A model generated the notes under the pieces. It worked only from the letters and a program-made list of their open reading frames with translations, did no database searches and was not told the origin of the DNA. The position numbers were made by a program, and so were the translations under genes. This document shows positions 49,693-59,238 of a stretch of DNA of 64,000 nucleotides, piece by piece. Positions within the stretch are counted from its first letter, which is position 1. Each line of letters starts with the position of its first letter. The DNA comes from an uncultured delta proteobacterium. GTDB taxonomy: Bacteria; Desulfobacterota; Binatia; Binatales; Binataceae. Location of the stretch: the NCBI GenBank assembly GCA_963743865.1, contig CAVURG010000006.1:2624107-2688106 (forward strand), read 5' to 3'.

Positions 49693-50613
49693 CTAGTAGA
49701 AGCGGGGTTCGCCGGGCGGGCGGGTTTTCCAGCGCCGGTGAATCCAGTTCCAATGATCGGGATGCTCGCGGATCATCTGCTCGATCGTGCCGGTGTAGCG
49801 CTGCGTGTACTCGCGCACGGCGGCCTCGCGGTTGCGGGTCTTCTCGGCGTAGATGGCGGGCAGAATTTTGATCTTGTGATGAATCGTGTCGCCCTGGCGC
49901 ACCATGAACGCCGGCAGCACGGGCGCGCCGGTGGCGATCGAAAGCCGCGCCATGCCGTCGCTGGTGCAGGCGGGCATCCCGAAGAAATCGACGAACACGC
50001 CCTTGCGCACGTCGAGGTCGAGCGCGATTGCGATCATCCAGTTCTGCCGCAGCATCCGCATCATCTCGCGCCCGCCCGCCTTGCGCTCGATGAGTCTGTT
50101 CCCATGGCGGATTCGCTCGGCGCATACCGCCGCGTCGACCAGCGGATTGCGCAGCGGCCGGCGAACGATGGCGAGGTGGTAGCCGTAGATGGAGTGCGCG
50201 ATCGGCAGCAGCTCGAAATTTCCGTAATGTCCGGTCAGCACCAATATGCCGCGGCCGTTGGAGCGCCGTTCGGCCTCGTCCCAATTCTCCTTGCCCTCGT
50301 AGGTAACGACGTGCTCGATGTTGGCGCGGCTGAGTTCGGGCAAGTGGGTCCATTCGGCGAGCACGCGGCCCCAACTGCGGTACATCTTGCGCAGGATTGC
50401 CAGGCGCGCCGCCGGGGTAATCTCGGGGAAAGCGATCTCCAGGTTTTTGAGCGCGATCGGCCGGTTGGGGCGATCGAAGTTCATCGCCCATCCTCCCAGC
50501 CGCGCGCCCGCGCGCACCGCCCGTTCTAACGGCATCGCACGCAGCGCCGCGGTGAAGGCGGTTATGCCCGTGTATTCGATTCGGGCCTGAACGGGACCGA
50601 TTTGCCTGGCCAT
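49693..50613 (-). CDS. lipid A biosynthesis (Kdo)2-lipid IVA acyltransferase family protein (LpxL/HtrB-like)
   Basis: 306 aa with the HX4E acyltransferase motif (LTGHYGNFELL) and the family-typical C-terminus EHPDHWNWIHRRWK. Confidence 0.85.
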   Translation of the reverse strand: MARQIGPVQARIEYTGITAFTAALRAMPLERAVRAGARLGGWAMNFDRPNRPIALKNLEIAFPEITPAARLAILRKMYRSWGRVLAEWTHLPELSRANIEHVVTYEGKENWDEAERRSNGRGILVLTGHYGNFELLPIAHSIYGYHLAIVRRPLRNPLVDAAVCAERIRHGNRLIERKAGGREMMRMLRQNWMIAIALDLDVRKGVFVDFFGMPACTSDGMARLSIATGAPVLPAFMVRQGDTIHHKIKILPAIYAEKTRNREAAVREYTQRYTGTIEQMIREHPDHWNWIHRRWKTRPPGEPRFY

Positions 50614-50696
50614 GTTTAATTGCAGCTTTTGAGAATGCGAAACCGCTTACGGGTAAAGATGCGGACTTCGCCCGGTTAGAACAGCTAGCGGGAGAG

Positions 50697-53342
50697 TTAG
50701 GGGGCGATGCCGGGGGTTACGCCTGCAGCGCCGCCAGCCGCTGGTCCTGCCGGGACTTTGCCGGCGCCGGCATCGAGTGGCGCAGCAGGCCCAGTGGTAA
50801 CAAATTGTGCGGAGGACGCCGAGTTCGGCGGGGCGCTCGTCATGGTCGCCGAAGTCGCAGCCGAGTAGCCGGTCGTCGTCTCGTTCATCGAGGTCGGACC
50901 GACCTCGGGGCTGTTAAAGGGAGTCTCGCTTTCGTTGCCGTCGGGCGCGGACCCGATTGCGGCGCCCGGAGCAGACGCAGGAACAGCGCCGAGCGCGTTC
51001 AGGTCGGCCGCCGGAGAAACAGGAATCGAGAAGCCCGGCTTGTAGATTTGTTGAATCTGCGAGGCCGGCATATCGTGAATTTCCTTGCGGCCGAGCGAGT
51101 TGGCGAACCGCTGGCGCTCGTCCAGCGCGAGATCGCGCAGCTGGGTCCTGTTGCGAACTATATGAGGCGTCAGGAACACGATCAGGTTGTCCTTCTGCTT
51201 GTCGGTGCTCTTGCTGCTGAACAGGTTTCCGATTACCGGGATGTCGGAGATGAACGGAACGCCCTGATTATTGAACGTATCCTGGCTGGCGAGCAGGCCG
51301 CCGATCACCGCGGTGCGATGGTTCTGGATCAGCACGCTGGTCGAGGCGGACCGGATGGTCGTGGTCGGACCGAGCGTGTTGTTCGCGGTGCCGTTGACGA
51401 CGTTGGAAACTTCCTCATAGAGGTCGAGCTTGACGTAGTCGCCCTCGGAGACCTGCGGCACGATATCGAGCGTGATGCCGACGTTCTGGCGGTCGACCGA
51501 GTTGAAGATTTGCCCGGGCAGTCCGGCGTTCGCCGCCGACGAGCCGACGAAGGGCAGGTTCTGGCCGATGACGATCATCGCTTCTTCATTGTCGGCGGTG
51601 AGCAGCGTCGGCGCGGAGAGCACGTCGGCGTGAGTGTCGCTTTCCAGCGCGGTGATCAGCGCGATATCGCAGGGAACGCTAATGTTGCCGGTAGTGGTGG
51701 CGGTCGTCCCGGTGCCGCCGGTAGCCGCCGCCAGAGCCGCGGAAGAAACCGTACACATGCTTTTCGACGCGAGGCCCAGCCCCAGCCCGGTCAAACTGAG
51801 CGGGTCGCTGAGCGTGTTCTCAAGCTGTCCGAAATTAAGCGTGCCGACCGCCATTGTGCTGCCGCTGACATTCGTGGCGGCGTTGAAATTCACCCCCAAC
51901 TGGCGCTGGCGCTCGGCGGAGACCTCGACAATGACGGCCTGGACGAAAATCTGGACACGCGGGGTGTCGAGGTCGTCGATAATCTGCTTGAGCGTCTGCC
52001 AATCCTGCGGCGACGCGCTGATAACCATCGCATTGGTCGCGGGATCGGCGGTGATATTTACCGGATATGAGAAATCGATGCTCTTGCCGGCGGAGCTGGC
52101 CGACGCCGGACCGGTGCTGCCCGACGAGCCGCGGCTGATCATCCCGCCACCGCCGCCACTACCCCCGCCGAAGCCGCCGGAGCCGTTGGTGCCGCCCATT
52201 CCGCCGCCCCCGCTCATCGAACCACCGAAGCTCGCGCTACTGCTCATCCCGCCCATGCCGCCCATTCCGCCCATTCCGCCAAAGCCCGAGTTGCCGCCCA
52301 TTCCGCCGCTGGCAGCGCTGTTAAAGCTCGAGCGGCCGAGCGAACCCTTGCCGGTGGTGGGCGACATGGTGGTCGGGCCGCCGCCGCCGTTGAGCAGGGC
52401 GTTGAGCACCTGGACCATCTCGAGCGCCTGCGCGTTCTTGAGCCGATAGACATGGATTCGCGAGGTGGCCATCGGCGGATTGACGTCGAGCTTGGCGACT
52501 ATTTCCTGGATCTCACGCATCCGCAGCGGCGGCGCCATGACGATAAGGCAATTGGTGCGTTCGTCGGGGATAACCTTGTAACCCGTTTCGCCGCCGCCGG
52601 TGGCCGACGGCGCGACGCCCAGCTGGGGCCGTACTCCCCCCGGGTGGCTTGCGGCGCCTCCTTGCATCTTGGCCGTCATGAGCGCATCGATCTCGGGCGC
52701 AAGCTCAGTGGCAAACGCAAGCTTGAGCGGAATTACGACGATGGTCGCCTGTTCGCCGCGCACGTCGAGGCTGCCGATTATCTGGAGCAGCCGCTCGACG
52801 TTGTAGGCGTCGTCGGTGATGATGATGGTGTTGTCGTTGGGAAACGCGGCGATCAGACCGTCATGCGACACCATCGGCTGGATCACGCCGATCACCGAAG
52901 CCGCGTCGATATTCTTAAGCCGCACCATCCGGGTGACATACTCGTCGCCCTTGGTCTCGGCGGGGACTTGCGATTCGGTAAGCGCGGCGGAGGAGCGCAC
53001 GTTGCGCGCGGGCACAATCTTGATGACCTTGCCGGCCTGAACGGTGGTGAAGCCTTTTACCTGGAGAACGGATTGAAAGATCGAGTAGGCCTGTTCGGGA
53101 GTTACCTTGCTCGGCGAGATGATCGTGACCTTGCCGCGCACGGATTCGTCGATGATGAAGTTGCGGCCGGTGATCTCGCTGATGAACTTGGCAAGAACGG
53201 GAATCTCCACGTTCTGGAAGTTCATTGTAATTGTATTATGCTCAGGCAGCTCCGCGGGATCGGCGCCGAACGCGGGGGAACAAAGGTTGCCGGCGCAAAT
53301 CAGCATTGCGGCGGCAAACGCCCCAGCCAAAAGACGGTTCAT
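50697..53342 (-). CDS. GspD/PulD-family secretin (orphan), with Gly/Met/Ser-rich linker and long low-complexity C-terminal tail
   Basis: ATG at 53340-53342 gives MNRLLAGAFAAAMLICAGNLCSPAFG (signal peptide). It is followed by an N0 domain (ITMNFQNVEIPVLAKFISEITGRNFIIDESVRGKVTIISPSKV), N1-N3 repeats, a secretin core (DTPRVQIFVQAVIVEVSAE...VPFISDIPVIGNLFSSKSTDKQKDNLIVFLTPHIV), then about 130 aa of Ala/Pro/Ser/Thr-rich tail. Confidence 0.88.
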   Translation of the reverse strand: MNRLLAGAFAAAMLICAGNLCSPAFGADPAELPEHNTITMNFQNVEIPVLAKFISEITGRNFIIDESVRGKVTIISPSKVTPEQAYSIFQSVLQVKGFTTVQAGKVIKIVPARNVRSSAALTESQVPAETKGDEYVTRMVRLKNIDAASVIGVIQPMVSHDGLIAAFPNDNTIIITDDAYNVERLLQIIGSLDVRGEQATIVVIPLKLAFATELAPEIDALMTAKMQGGAASHPGGVRPQLGVAPSATGGGETGYKVIPDERTNCLIVMAPPLRMREIQEIVAKLDVNPPMATSRIHVYRLKNAQALEMVQVLNALLNGGGGPTTMSPTTGKGSLGRSSFNSAASGGMGGNSGFGGMGGMGGMGGMSSSASFGGSMSGGGGMGGTNGSGGFGGGSGGGGGMISRGSSGSTGPASASSAGKSIDFSYPVNITADPATNAMVISASPQDWQTLKQIIDDLDTPRVQIFVQAVIVEVSAERQRQLGVNFNAATNVSGSTMAVGTLNFGQLENTLSDPLSLTGLGLGLASKSMCTVSSAALAAATGGTGTTATTTGNISVPCDIALITALESDTHADVLSAPTLLTADNEEAMIVIGQNLPFVGSSAANAGLPGQIFNSVDRQNVGITLDIVPQVSEGDYVKLDLYEEVSNVVNGTANNTLGPTTTIRSASTSVLIQNHRTAVIGGLLASQDTFNNQGVPFISDIPVIGNLFSSKSTDKQKDNLIVFLTPHIVRNRTQLRDLALDERQRFANSLGRKEIHDMPASQIQQIYKPGFSIPVSPAADLNALGAVPASAPGAAIGSAPDGNESETPFNSPEVGPTSMNETTTGYSAATSATMTSAPPNSASSAQFVTTGPAAPLDAGAGKVPAGPAAGGAAGVTPGIAP
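52251..52277 (-). repeat. three tandem 9-bp units (gcccatgcc gcccattcc gcccattcc) within the secretin Gly-rich linker
   Basis: Read directly. They encode GGMGGMGGMGGM on the minus strand, inside a ~300-nt low-complexity coding stretch (about 52085-52400). Confidence 0.75.
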
Positions 53343-53613
53343 CCGAGCATCCTCCGCATTTCGGGTCAAAACGTCGTGAGCATATTTCACGGCCGCTGCG
53401 CAGCGCAACCCGGATTTGTCGCAATGGTCGCGGGGCTTGCCGGGTATGACGAACACCAGCCCGATTTGATTCAATCGAAGGTTGAAAGAAACGACCCTCT
53501 TGCACCGGCGCCGCGAGTGACGAGCCGCGCTCTCCCCCTTAACCTTCTATCCGGGCGAAGCCCGCATCCTTATCCTTACTCGGGTGCAGGGGCTGGCCCC
53601 TGCCCAAGGAAGC

Positions 53614-53642
53614 GCGAAACCCACGGTGGGTTTCGCTACAAT
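53614..53642 (+). promoter_or_regulatory. perfect 10-bp inverted repeat abutting a TACAAT -10-like hexamer upstream of lolE
   Basis: gcgaaaccca-cgg-tgggtttcgc (53614-53636) immediately followed by tacaat (53637-53642), 16 nt before the proposed TTG start at 53659. A second hairpin, gcagggg-ctgg-cccctgc, lies at 53586-53603. Confidence 0.3.
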
Positions 53643-53658
53643 TTCGGATGGTGACCGG

Positions 53659-54939
53659 TTGCGCTACGAATTCCTGATTGGCCTGCGATATTTGCGCGCC
53701 CGGCGGCGCGAACGATTCGTGTCGCTTATCGCGATCATCTCGCTGATCGGGATAACCTTTGGGACGTTCGCGTTGTCGCTCGCGCTATCGGTGATGAGCG
53801 GATTCGAGAAAAATCTGCGCAGCCTGTTGCTCACGTTTACCCCGCAGATAACCATCGAGCGCAGCGATGGCGGCGTGTGGAACCCGGCCGGGCTCGAGCA
53901 GCAAATCGCCGCGCTGCCGGGGGTGGCGGCGGCGGCGCCGTTCGTCACGTCACAGGTGATGGCGGTCTCGAGCACGGACTCGGGCGGCGCGGGACTGGTG
54001 TCGGGCGGAATTATCCGCGGGGTCCAGCCGCACGACAATCCGGTGCTCAAGGAACTAAGCGACACGCTGGAGAACGGGACGCTCGCGGACCTCGAGACGA
54101 CCCATCCGGTGACGATTGTTGATAAGGGCGTCAAGCGCCAGGTCGAGCTGCCCGGCGCGATCGTCGGCAAGTCGCTGGCGTTCGAGCTGGGGGTGAGGCC
54201 GGGCGACCCGGTGATCCTGATTTCGCCGGCGAGCTTGGGAACGGGAATCGGGCCTCCGCGCCTCAAGCGATTCGTGGTGACGGGGTTCTTTCACTCGGGC
54301 ATGTACGAGTTCGATTCGACCCTGATCTTCGTCGCGTTGAAGGACGGACGCGCGTTGCTGGCCGACGATCCGCAGCTCGAAAGCGGACTCGAGTTGCGGC
54401 TGGTCAACATGTTCGACGCGCCGGCGATGCGCGCCCGGATCGCGGCGATGGCGGGGCCTGACTTCGAAGTCTCGGACTGGACGACGGCCAACGCGCCGCT
54501 GTTCTCCGCGCTCAAGCTGGAGAAATTCACCTATTTCATGGTGCTGCTGCTGATCGTGCTGGTGGCGGCCTTCAACATTATTGCGACGCAGGTGATGGTG
54601 GTGATGGAGCGGCGCAAAGAGATTGCGATCCTGCGCACGATGGGTGCGCGGGCGGCGTCGGTGGCGTCGATCTTTCTGTGCCAGGGCGCGGCGCTGGGCG
54701 TGCTCGGCACGGTTTTGGGCGATGGCGCCGGATTCGTGACGGCGTACCTGGTAGGCAGGTATCATTTGATTCATCTGCCGGCCGACATGTTCATGGTCAA
54801 CGCGGTGCCGGTGGAGCTCAATCCATGGAACTTCATCGCGGTTGCGGCGGCGACAATCGTGCTGTGCCTGCTTGCGTCGATCTACCCGGCCTTGCAGGCC
54901 GCGAAGCTCTCGCCGGTCGAGGTGATTCGCTATGAGTGA
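53659..54939 (+). CDS. LolC/LolE-family lipoprotein-release ABC permease
   Basis: TTG at 53659 gives (M)RYEFLIGLRYLRARRRERFVSLIAIISLIGITFGTFAL, the canonical family N-terminus, with MacB-like periplasmic and FtsX domains. The track ORF starts earlier, at 53584. Confidence 0.9.
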   Translation: MRYEFLIGLRYLRARRRERFVSLIAIISLIGITFGTFALSLALSVMSGFEKNLRSLLLTFTPQITIERSDGGVWNPAGLEQQIAALPGVAAAAPFVTSQVMAVSSTDSGGAGLVSGGIIRGVQPHDNPVLKELSDTLENGTLADLETTHPVTIVDKGVKRQVELPGAIVGKSLAFELGVRPGDPVILISPASLGTGIGPPRLKRFVVTGFFHSGMYEFDSTLIFVALKDGRALLADDPQLESGLELRLVNMFDAPAMRARIAAMAGPDFEVSDWTTANAPLFSALKLEKFTYFMVLLLIVLVAAFNIIATQVMVVMERRKEIAILRTMGARAASVASIFLCQGAALGVLGTVLGDGAGFVTAYLVGRYHLIHLPADMFMVNAVPVELNPWNFIAVAAATIVLCLLASIYPALQAAKLSPVEVIRYE

Positions 54940-55690
54940 GGGGCGCGGCGCTGCGGCATCGAAAGCAAAACCAAACCAGGCCAACCGGCGTCTAATCGAG
55001 GTGCGCGGCCTCGACAAGACATTCTATGACGCTGATCGCGAGATTCGCGTGCTGCGCGGTCTCGATCTAACGGTCCAGGCGGGCGAGGAGATCGCGATCG
55101 TGGGCCAGTCAGGAACCGGCAAGTCCACTCTGCTCCATATCATGGGCAGCCTGGAAGAGCCGACCGCGGGCAAGATTTATTTCGAGGGCGAGGATTTGTT
55201 CGCGCTCGATCAGAAATCGCTGGCGGAGTTCCGCAACCTCAAGCTCGGCTTCGTTTTCCAGTTCCATTACCTGCTGGCGGACTTCTCCGCGCTGGAAAAC
55301 GTGATGATGCCGGCCTTGATCAGCCGCATCAGCGACGCCGAAGCCGGCCGCCGTGCGGCCGAGATGCTCGAGATCGTCGGGCTGGGCGACAAGCTGCGGC
55401 GCCGGCCGGCGGAACTGTCCGGCGGCGAACAGCAGCGCGTCGCGGTGGCGCGCGCGGTGGTGCTGCGGCCCAAGCTGCTGCTCGCCGACGAGCCCACGGG
55501 CAATCTCGATCCGCATACGGCCGAAGAAGTGCACGAGCTGTTTCACAAGCTCAATCGCGAGCTTGGGATCACCCTGGTGATCGCTACCCATAACGAGCAG
55601 TTGACGCGCAGCGTCGGGCGCGCGCTGCGGCTGCATGAAGGAAAGCTGGTGGACGAGCGACGCCAGGCGCCATCCCCGGCGCCCGGGTAG
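54932..55690 (+). CDS. lolD: lipoprotein-release ABC transporter ATP-binding protein LolD
   Basis: Walker A GQSGTGKST, signature LSGGEQQRVAVARA, Walker B LLLADEPTGNLD. Overlaps the permease stop. Confidence 0.9.
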   Translation: MSEGRGAAASKAKPNQANRRLIEVRGLDKTFYDADREIRVLRGLDLTVQAGEEIAIVGQSGTGKSTLLHIMGSLEEPTAGKIYFEGEDLFALDQKSLAEFRNLKLGFVFQFHYLLADFSALENVMMPALISRISDAEAGRRAAEMLEIVGLGDKLRRRPAELSGGEQQRVAVARAVVLRPKLLLADEPTGNLDPHTAEEVHELFHKLNRELGITLVIATHNEQLTRSVGRALRLHEGKLVDERRQAPSPAPG

Positions 55691-56033
55691 CGAGAATTGG
55701 CGCCGCTGCGCGATGCGGGCGATGTTTACTCCAAGTGAGGTCGAAGGGCCCGGTTGGAAGGGGTAACGGGGCAGAGACGGCGGGTCGCGCGGGCGTTGTT
55801 CTCTTTTGTGTCTTCTTTTGCGCCATCGCGACCGAAGCGGAGGGACCCCGGAACGATCGGGTTTAGCCGCTTCGGGGCCTTTGGTTTACATGCGGGGAGC
55901 GATTGGCTAGTTTGGTCGGCGTTTTTGGTGGGTTTGAGTGACATCCGGAAAATTCAACGCGCACGCGCCGCGCGCGCCGTCATCTTTCGGGCTTTATCGC
56001 CCGCCCTGCGGGTTATTGCCGGCCGGCCGCGCA

Positions 56034-58403
56034 ATGCGGACGCCGGGCGGCGCGCTAATCCTGGTGGTGCTGGCGGCGTTCTCGCTTTCGTTGTTCGCCG
56101 CCGCGGTCGCGCGCGCGCAGGGTCCGGCTCCGATAATCTCCAAGATTGAGATCGCCGGCAATCAACGCGTCGAACAGGACGCGATTCTGATCCACATCAC
56201 GCAGCAGCCGAACCAGCCGCTCGATCAGACGGCGGTCGATGCGGACATCAAGTCGATTTACCGGATGGGTTTTTTCGAATCGGTGACCGCCCGCGTGGAG
56301 CAGCAGGGCGGCAGCAGCGTGCTGGTGTACCGGGTGAAGGAGCGCCCGCAAATTACCGACGTCAAGTTCTACGGAATGAAGGCAGTCCGGTCGAACGACG
56401 ACAAGATAATCGCGGCGGTGAAGGTGCATCCGGGGTCGATCCTCGATCCGGTCGCGATAAAGGAGACGATCGCCGGCGTGACCCAGGTTTACGCGAACCA
56501 GGGCTACACGGACGCCAAAGTAGTCTTCAAGCCGATACCGCAGCCCGACAACACCGCGTTCGGCGAATTCGACGTGACCGAGGGGCCGAAGGTCGAGATC
56601 ACCAAGATCGTGTTCGTGGGCAACAAGGCGTTTTCTTCGTCCATTTTGAGCGCCAATATGGAGACGCACACCCACAGCAAATTGCTCAGCTGGTTGACCG
56701 GATGGGGCGCGCTCGATCAGAAAAAATTGCAGGCGGACGTCGATCGGCTGACGGCGTTTTACTACGACAACGGCTACCTCAACGTGCTGGTCTCACCGCC
56801 GCAGGTGGTGCGCAACGGCGCGCAGATTACCATCGTAATTACCATCGACGAGGGCACCCCGTACCGCGTCGGCCGAATCGACATCGAAGGCAACCTGAAA
56901 TATCCGCGCCGCGAACTGCGCAGGCTGCTGACGATGAAGAGCGGACAACTGTTCCGCGGCTCGGCGTTGCAGCGCCAGGTGCTCGCGCTGTCGGATTTCT
57001 ACTCGAATCGGGGCTACGCGTACGTCAATATCGATCCGCGCACGCAACTGGTCCACACCACCAAGCGAGTCAACGTGATGTTCGTGATCAATCCCGGTCA
57101 CGAAGTGCTAATCGACCGGGTCAATATCAGCGGCAACACCAAGACCTCGGACAAGGTAATCCGCCGCGAGATCCAGCTTCAGGAGCAGGAGCCGTACAGC
57201 GCCGAAGAGATCCGGGATTCGAAGGTGCGGCTGGATCGGCTGGGCTTCTTCACCGACACCCGCATCACAACCTCGCCGGCGGCGCAGCCGGACAAGATAA
57301 ACCTCGACGTGAACGTGACCGAGGCCAACACCGCGTCGTTCCAGGTGGCGGGCGGATTCGACACCTATCAATCGGTGTTCGGCAACTTTACCCTGGGCAA
57401 CACCAACCTCTTCGGCGGCGGCGAATCGCTGATCCTCAACGCGCAGGTAGGCTACTTTTTCCAGAACTACAGCATCAGTTACACCGAGCCGTGGTTCCTG
57501 GACATCCCGCTCGCCGTGGGCATGCAGTTGTTCGACAATAAAACTTACCTGCTGAGCTTCAACCAGTCGTCGGCAGGCTTCACCCTGACCACGACCTATC
57601 CGCTGACCGAGCTCGGCTTCAAGAAGCTGGGACCGTTCTCGCTCAAGGACGTGCAGGCGGGACTGGGCTACTCGTTTCAGAGCATAGGAATCACCGGGCT
57701 GAACCAGTTTACGACTTTCCAAATCGCGCGCTACAAGGGCTACACGCAGACCTCGGAGATTACGCCGACGATACGCCGCTTCACCGTGGATAATCCGATC
57801 GATCCGCGCACCGGCACCGTCGAGAGTCTCAACATGGATTTCGGCGGACTCGGCGGCACCAACTCATTCATCAAGGGCGTCGCGCATTTCCGGTATTTCT
57901 ACCCGTTCCTGAAGAGCCAGTCGCTGGGAACGTTCGTGCTGTCACAGGGAATCACCTTCGGCATCGGGACCAACCTGCAAAGCGGGACCGGCGGCGAGTT
58001 GCCACTGTACGAGCGATTCTTCCCCGGCGGTGTCGGCGGTCCCGGCGACGTGCGCGGCTATCAGCTCTATTCGTTGGGACCGCAGGTGACGTTGTACGGC
58101 AAGAACGGGGCGCCGCTGAGCGTCCAGGACGTCGGCGGCAGCAAGGAATTGTTGCTGAGCAACGAAATCACGTTCCCGATACTATCGGGATTGGGAATCC
58201 GCGGGGTGATATTCAGCGACGCGGGACAATCGTTCCTGCTCAAGGATTCGATCAATATCGACAAGCTGCAGGCGTCGTTTGGAATCGGTATACGCTGGAA
58301 ATCGCCATTCGGGCCGCTGGCCCTGGATATCGCTTTCCCGATCAACCCGCGGCCGGCCGACCAGAGCACCGTCTTCGAAATCGGGGCCGGCTCTCCGCTC
58401 TAG
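56034..58403 (+). CDS. bamA: outer-membrane protein assembly factor BamA
   Basis: ATG at 56034 gives MRTPGGALILVVLAAFSLSLFAAAVARAQG (signal peptide). It has five POTRA-like repeats (ISKIEIAGNQRVEQDAILIHI...) and an Omp85 barrel ending FGIGIRWKSPFGPLALDIAFPI. Confidence 0.93.
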   Translation: MRTPGGALILVVLAAFSLSLFAAAVARAQGPAPIISKIEIAGNQRVEQDAILIHITQQPNQPLDQTAVDADIKSIYRMGFFESVTARVEQQGGSSVLVYRVKERPQITDVKFYGMKAVRSNDDKIIAAVKVHPGSILDPVAIKETIAGVTQVYANQGYTDAKVVFKPIPQPDNTAFGEFDVTEGPKVEITKIVFVGNKAFSSSILSANMETHTHSKLLSWLTGWGALDQKKLQADVDRLTAFYYDNGYLNVLVSPPQVVRNGAQITIVITIDEGTPYRVGRIDIEGNLKYPRRELRRLLTMKSGQLFRGSALQRQVLALSDFYSNRGYAYVNIDPRTQLVHTTKRVNVMFVINPGHEVLIDRVNISGNTKTSDKVIRREIQLQEQEPYSAEEIRDSKVRLDRLGFFTDTRITTSPAAQPDKINLDVNVTEANTASFQVAGGFDTYQSVFGNFTLGNTNLFGGGESLILNAQVGYFFQNYSISYTEPWFLDIPLAVGMQLFDNKTYLLSFNQSSAGFTLTTTYPLTELGFKKLGPFSLKDVQAGLGYSFQSIGITGLNQFTTFQIARYKGYTQTSEITPTIRRFTVDNPIDPRTGTVESLNMDFGGLGGTNSFIKGVAHFRYFYPFLKSQSLGTFVLSQGITFGIGTNLQSGTGGELPLYERFFPGGVGGPGDVRGYQLYSLGPQVTLYGKNGAPLSVQDVGGSKELLLSNEITFPILSGLGIRGVIFSDAGQSFLLKDSINIDKLQASFGIGIRWKSPFGPLALDIAFPINPRPADQSTVFEIGAGSPL

Positions 58404-58562
58404 CGCCGATCGATTTCCCGACATCGGGCGACAATGAGGGCGCGGGCAACTGGATTTGATGCTCGATGAAGTACTATTGTGATATATTTCCCAAGCGCGA
58501 GTGATGCGCCGTGAAGAGGACGCGTCCCAGGTGGGTAGTCAACAGGAGGCTTTCCGGGCTGT

Positions 58563-59204
58563 ATGAGGCAACGGTTGTTCATCGGTGCGTTGTTCGGTGC
58601 GTTCCTTGCGGTGACGTCCGCGGCAGTTCCCGCGCACGCCGACCTGAAGTTCGCGTATGTTGACGTGCAGCGAGCGCTCAATGAGTGCGACGCCGGTAAG
58701 CGGGCCAAGGCCGAATTCCAGGGCCGTGTCTCATCGGTGGAGGCGAAACTGCAGCGCCAGCAAAATGAGGTCCAGTCCATTAAGGACGAGATGGAAAAAA
58801 AGGGCATGCTGATGAACCCGGATCAGCGCCAGAGTCTGCAGGACCAGTACGTGGAAAAGCTCAAGAACTTCGAGCGCGACTACAAGGACTCGAAGGACGA
58901 GTTGCAGGCCAAGGACCAGGCGGTCACGGCGAAAATCGTGCATGACCTTGCCCAAGTCATCCGCACGCTTGGAGAGCGTGACGGCTACACGATGGTGATG
59001 GAGAAGGGATCGATCCTCTGGGGTGCGCCAGGCATCGATATTACCGACCAGGTAATCCGCAGTTACAACGCGATGCACGTGACGATAGGCTCGGTCGGCG
59101 AAGGCGCCGGCGGCGGGATATCGCGCGCGAGCGAGCAGGCCGGCGCACCGGCTCCGTCGGATTTCGGCTCAGCGGCGGCCAAGCGCTCGACGATCTCGAA
59201 GTAG
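58563..59204 (+). CDS. skp: periplasmic chaperone Skp (OmpH family)
   Basis: Signal peptide MRQRLFIGALFGAFLAVTSAAVPAHA, then KFAYVDVQRALNECDAGKRAKAEFQ... coiled-coil, positioned after bamA. Confidence 0.85.
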   Translation: MRQRLFIGALFGAFLAVTSAAVPAHADLKFAYVDVQRALNECDAGKRAKAEFQGRVSSVEAKLQRQQNEVQSIKDEMEKKGMLMNPDQRQSLQDQYVEKLKNFERDYKDSKDELQAKDQAVTAKIVHDLAQVIRTLGERDGYTMVMEKGSILWGAPGIDITDQVIRSYNAMHVTIGSVGEGAGGGISRASEQAGAPAPSDFGSAAAKRSTISK

Positions 59205-59238
59205 GCCGCTCGAATCAAGATGCGCGAAGTAATTCCCG

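Noticed and set aside
52085-52400. Short tandem DNA repeats that might be a CRISPR-like or intergenic repeat array
   Set aside because: The units are 9 bp, contiguous without spacers, and lie inside the secretin ORF, where they encode a Gly/Met-rich linker. This is coding low-complexity sequence, not a CRISPR array.
55726-56149. Small ORFs (72, 80 and 131 aa) in the lolD-bamA gap
   Set aside because: They overlap each other on both strands, have Arg/Pro/Ala-rich shadow composition and no RBS or motifs. The region is treated as non-coding.
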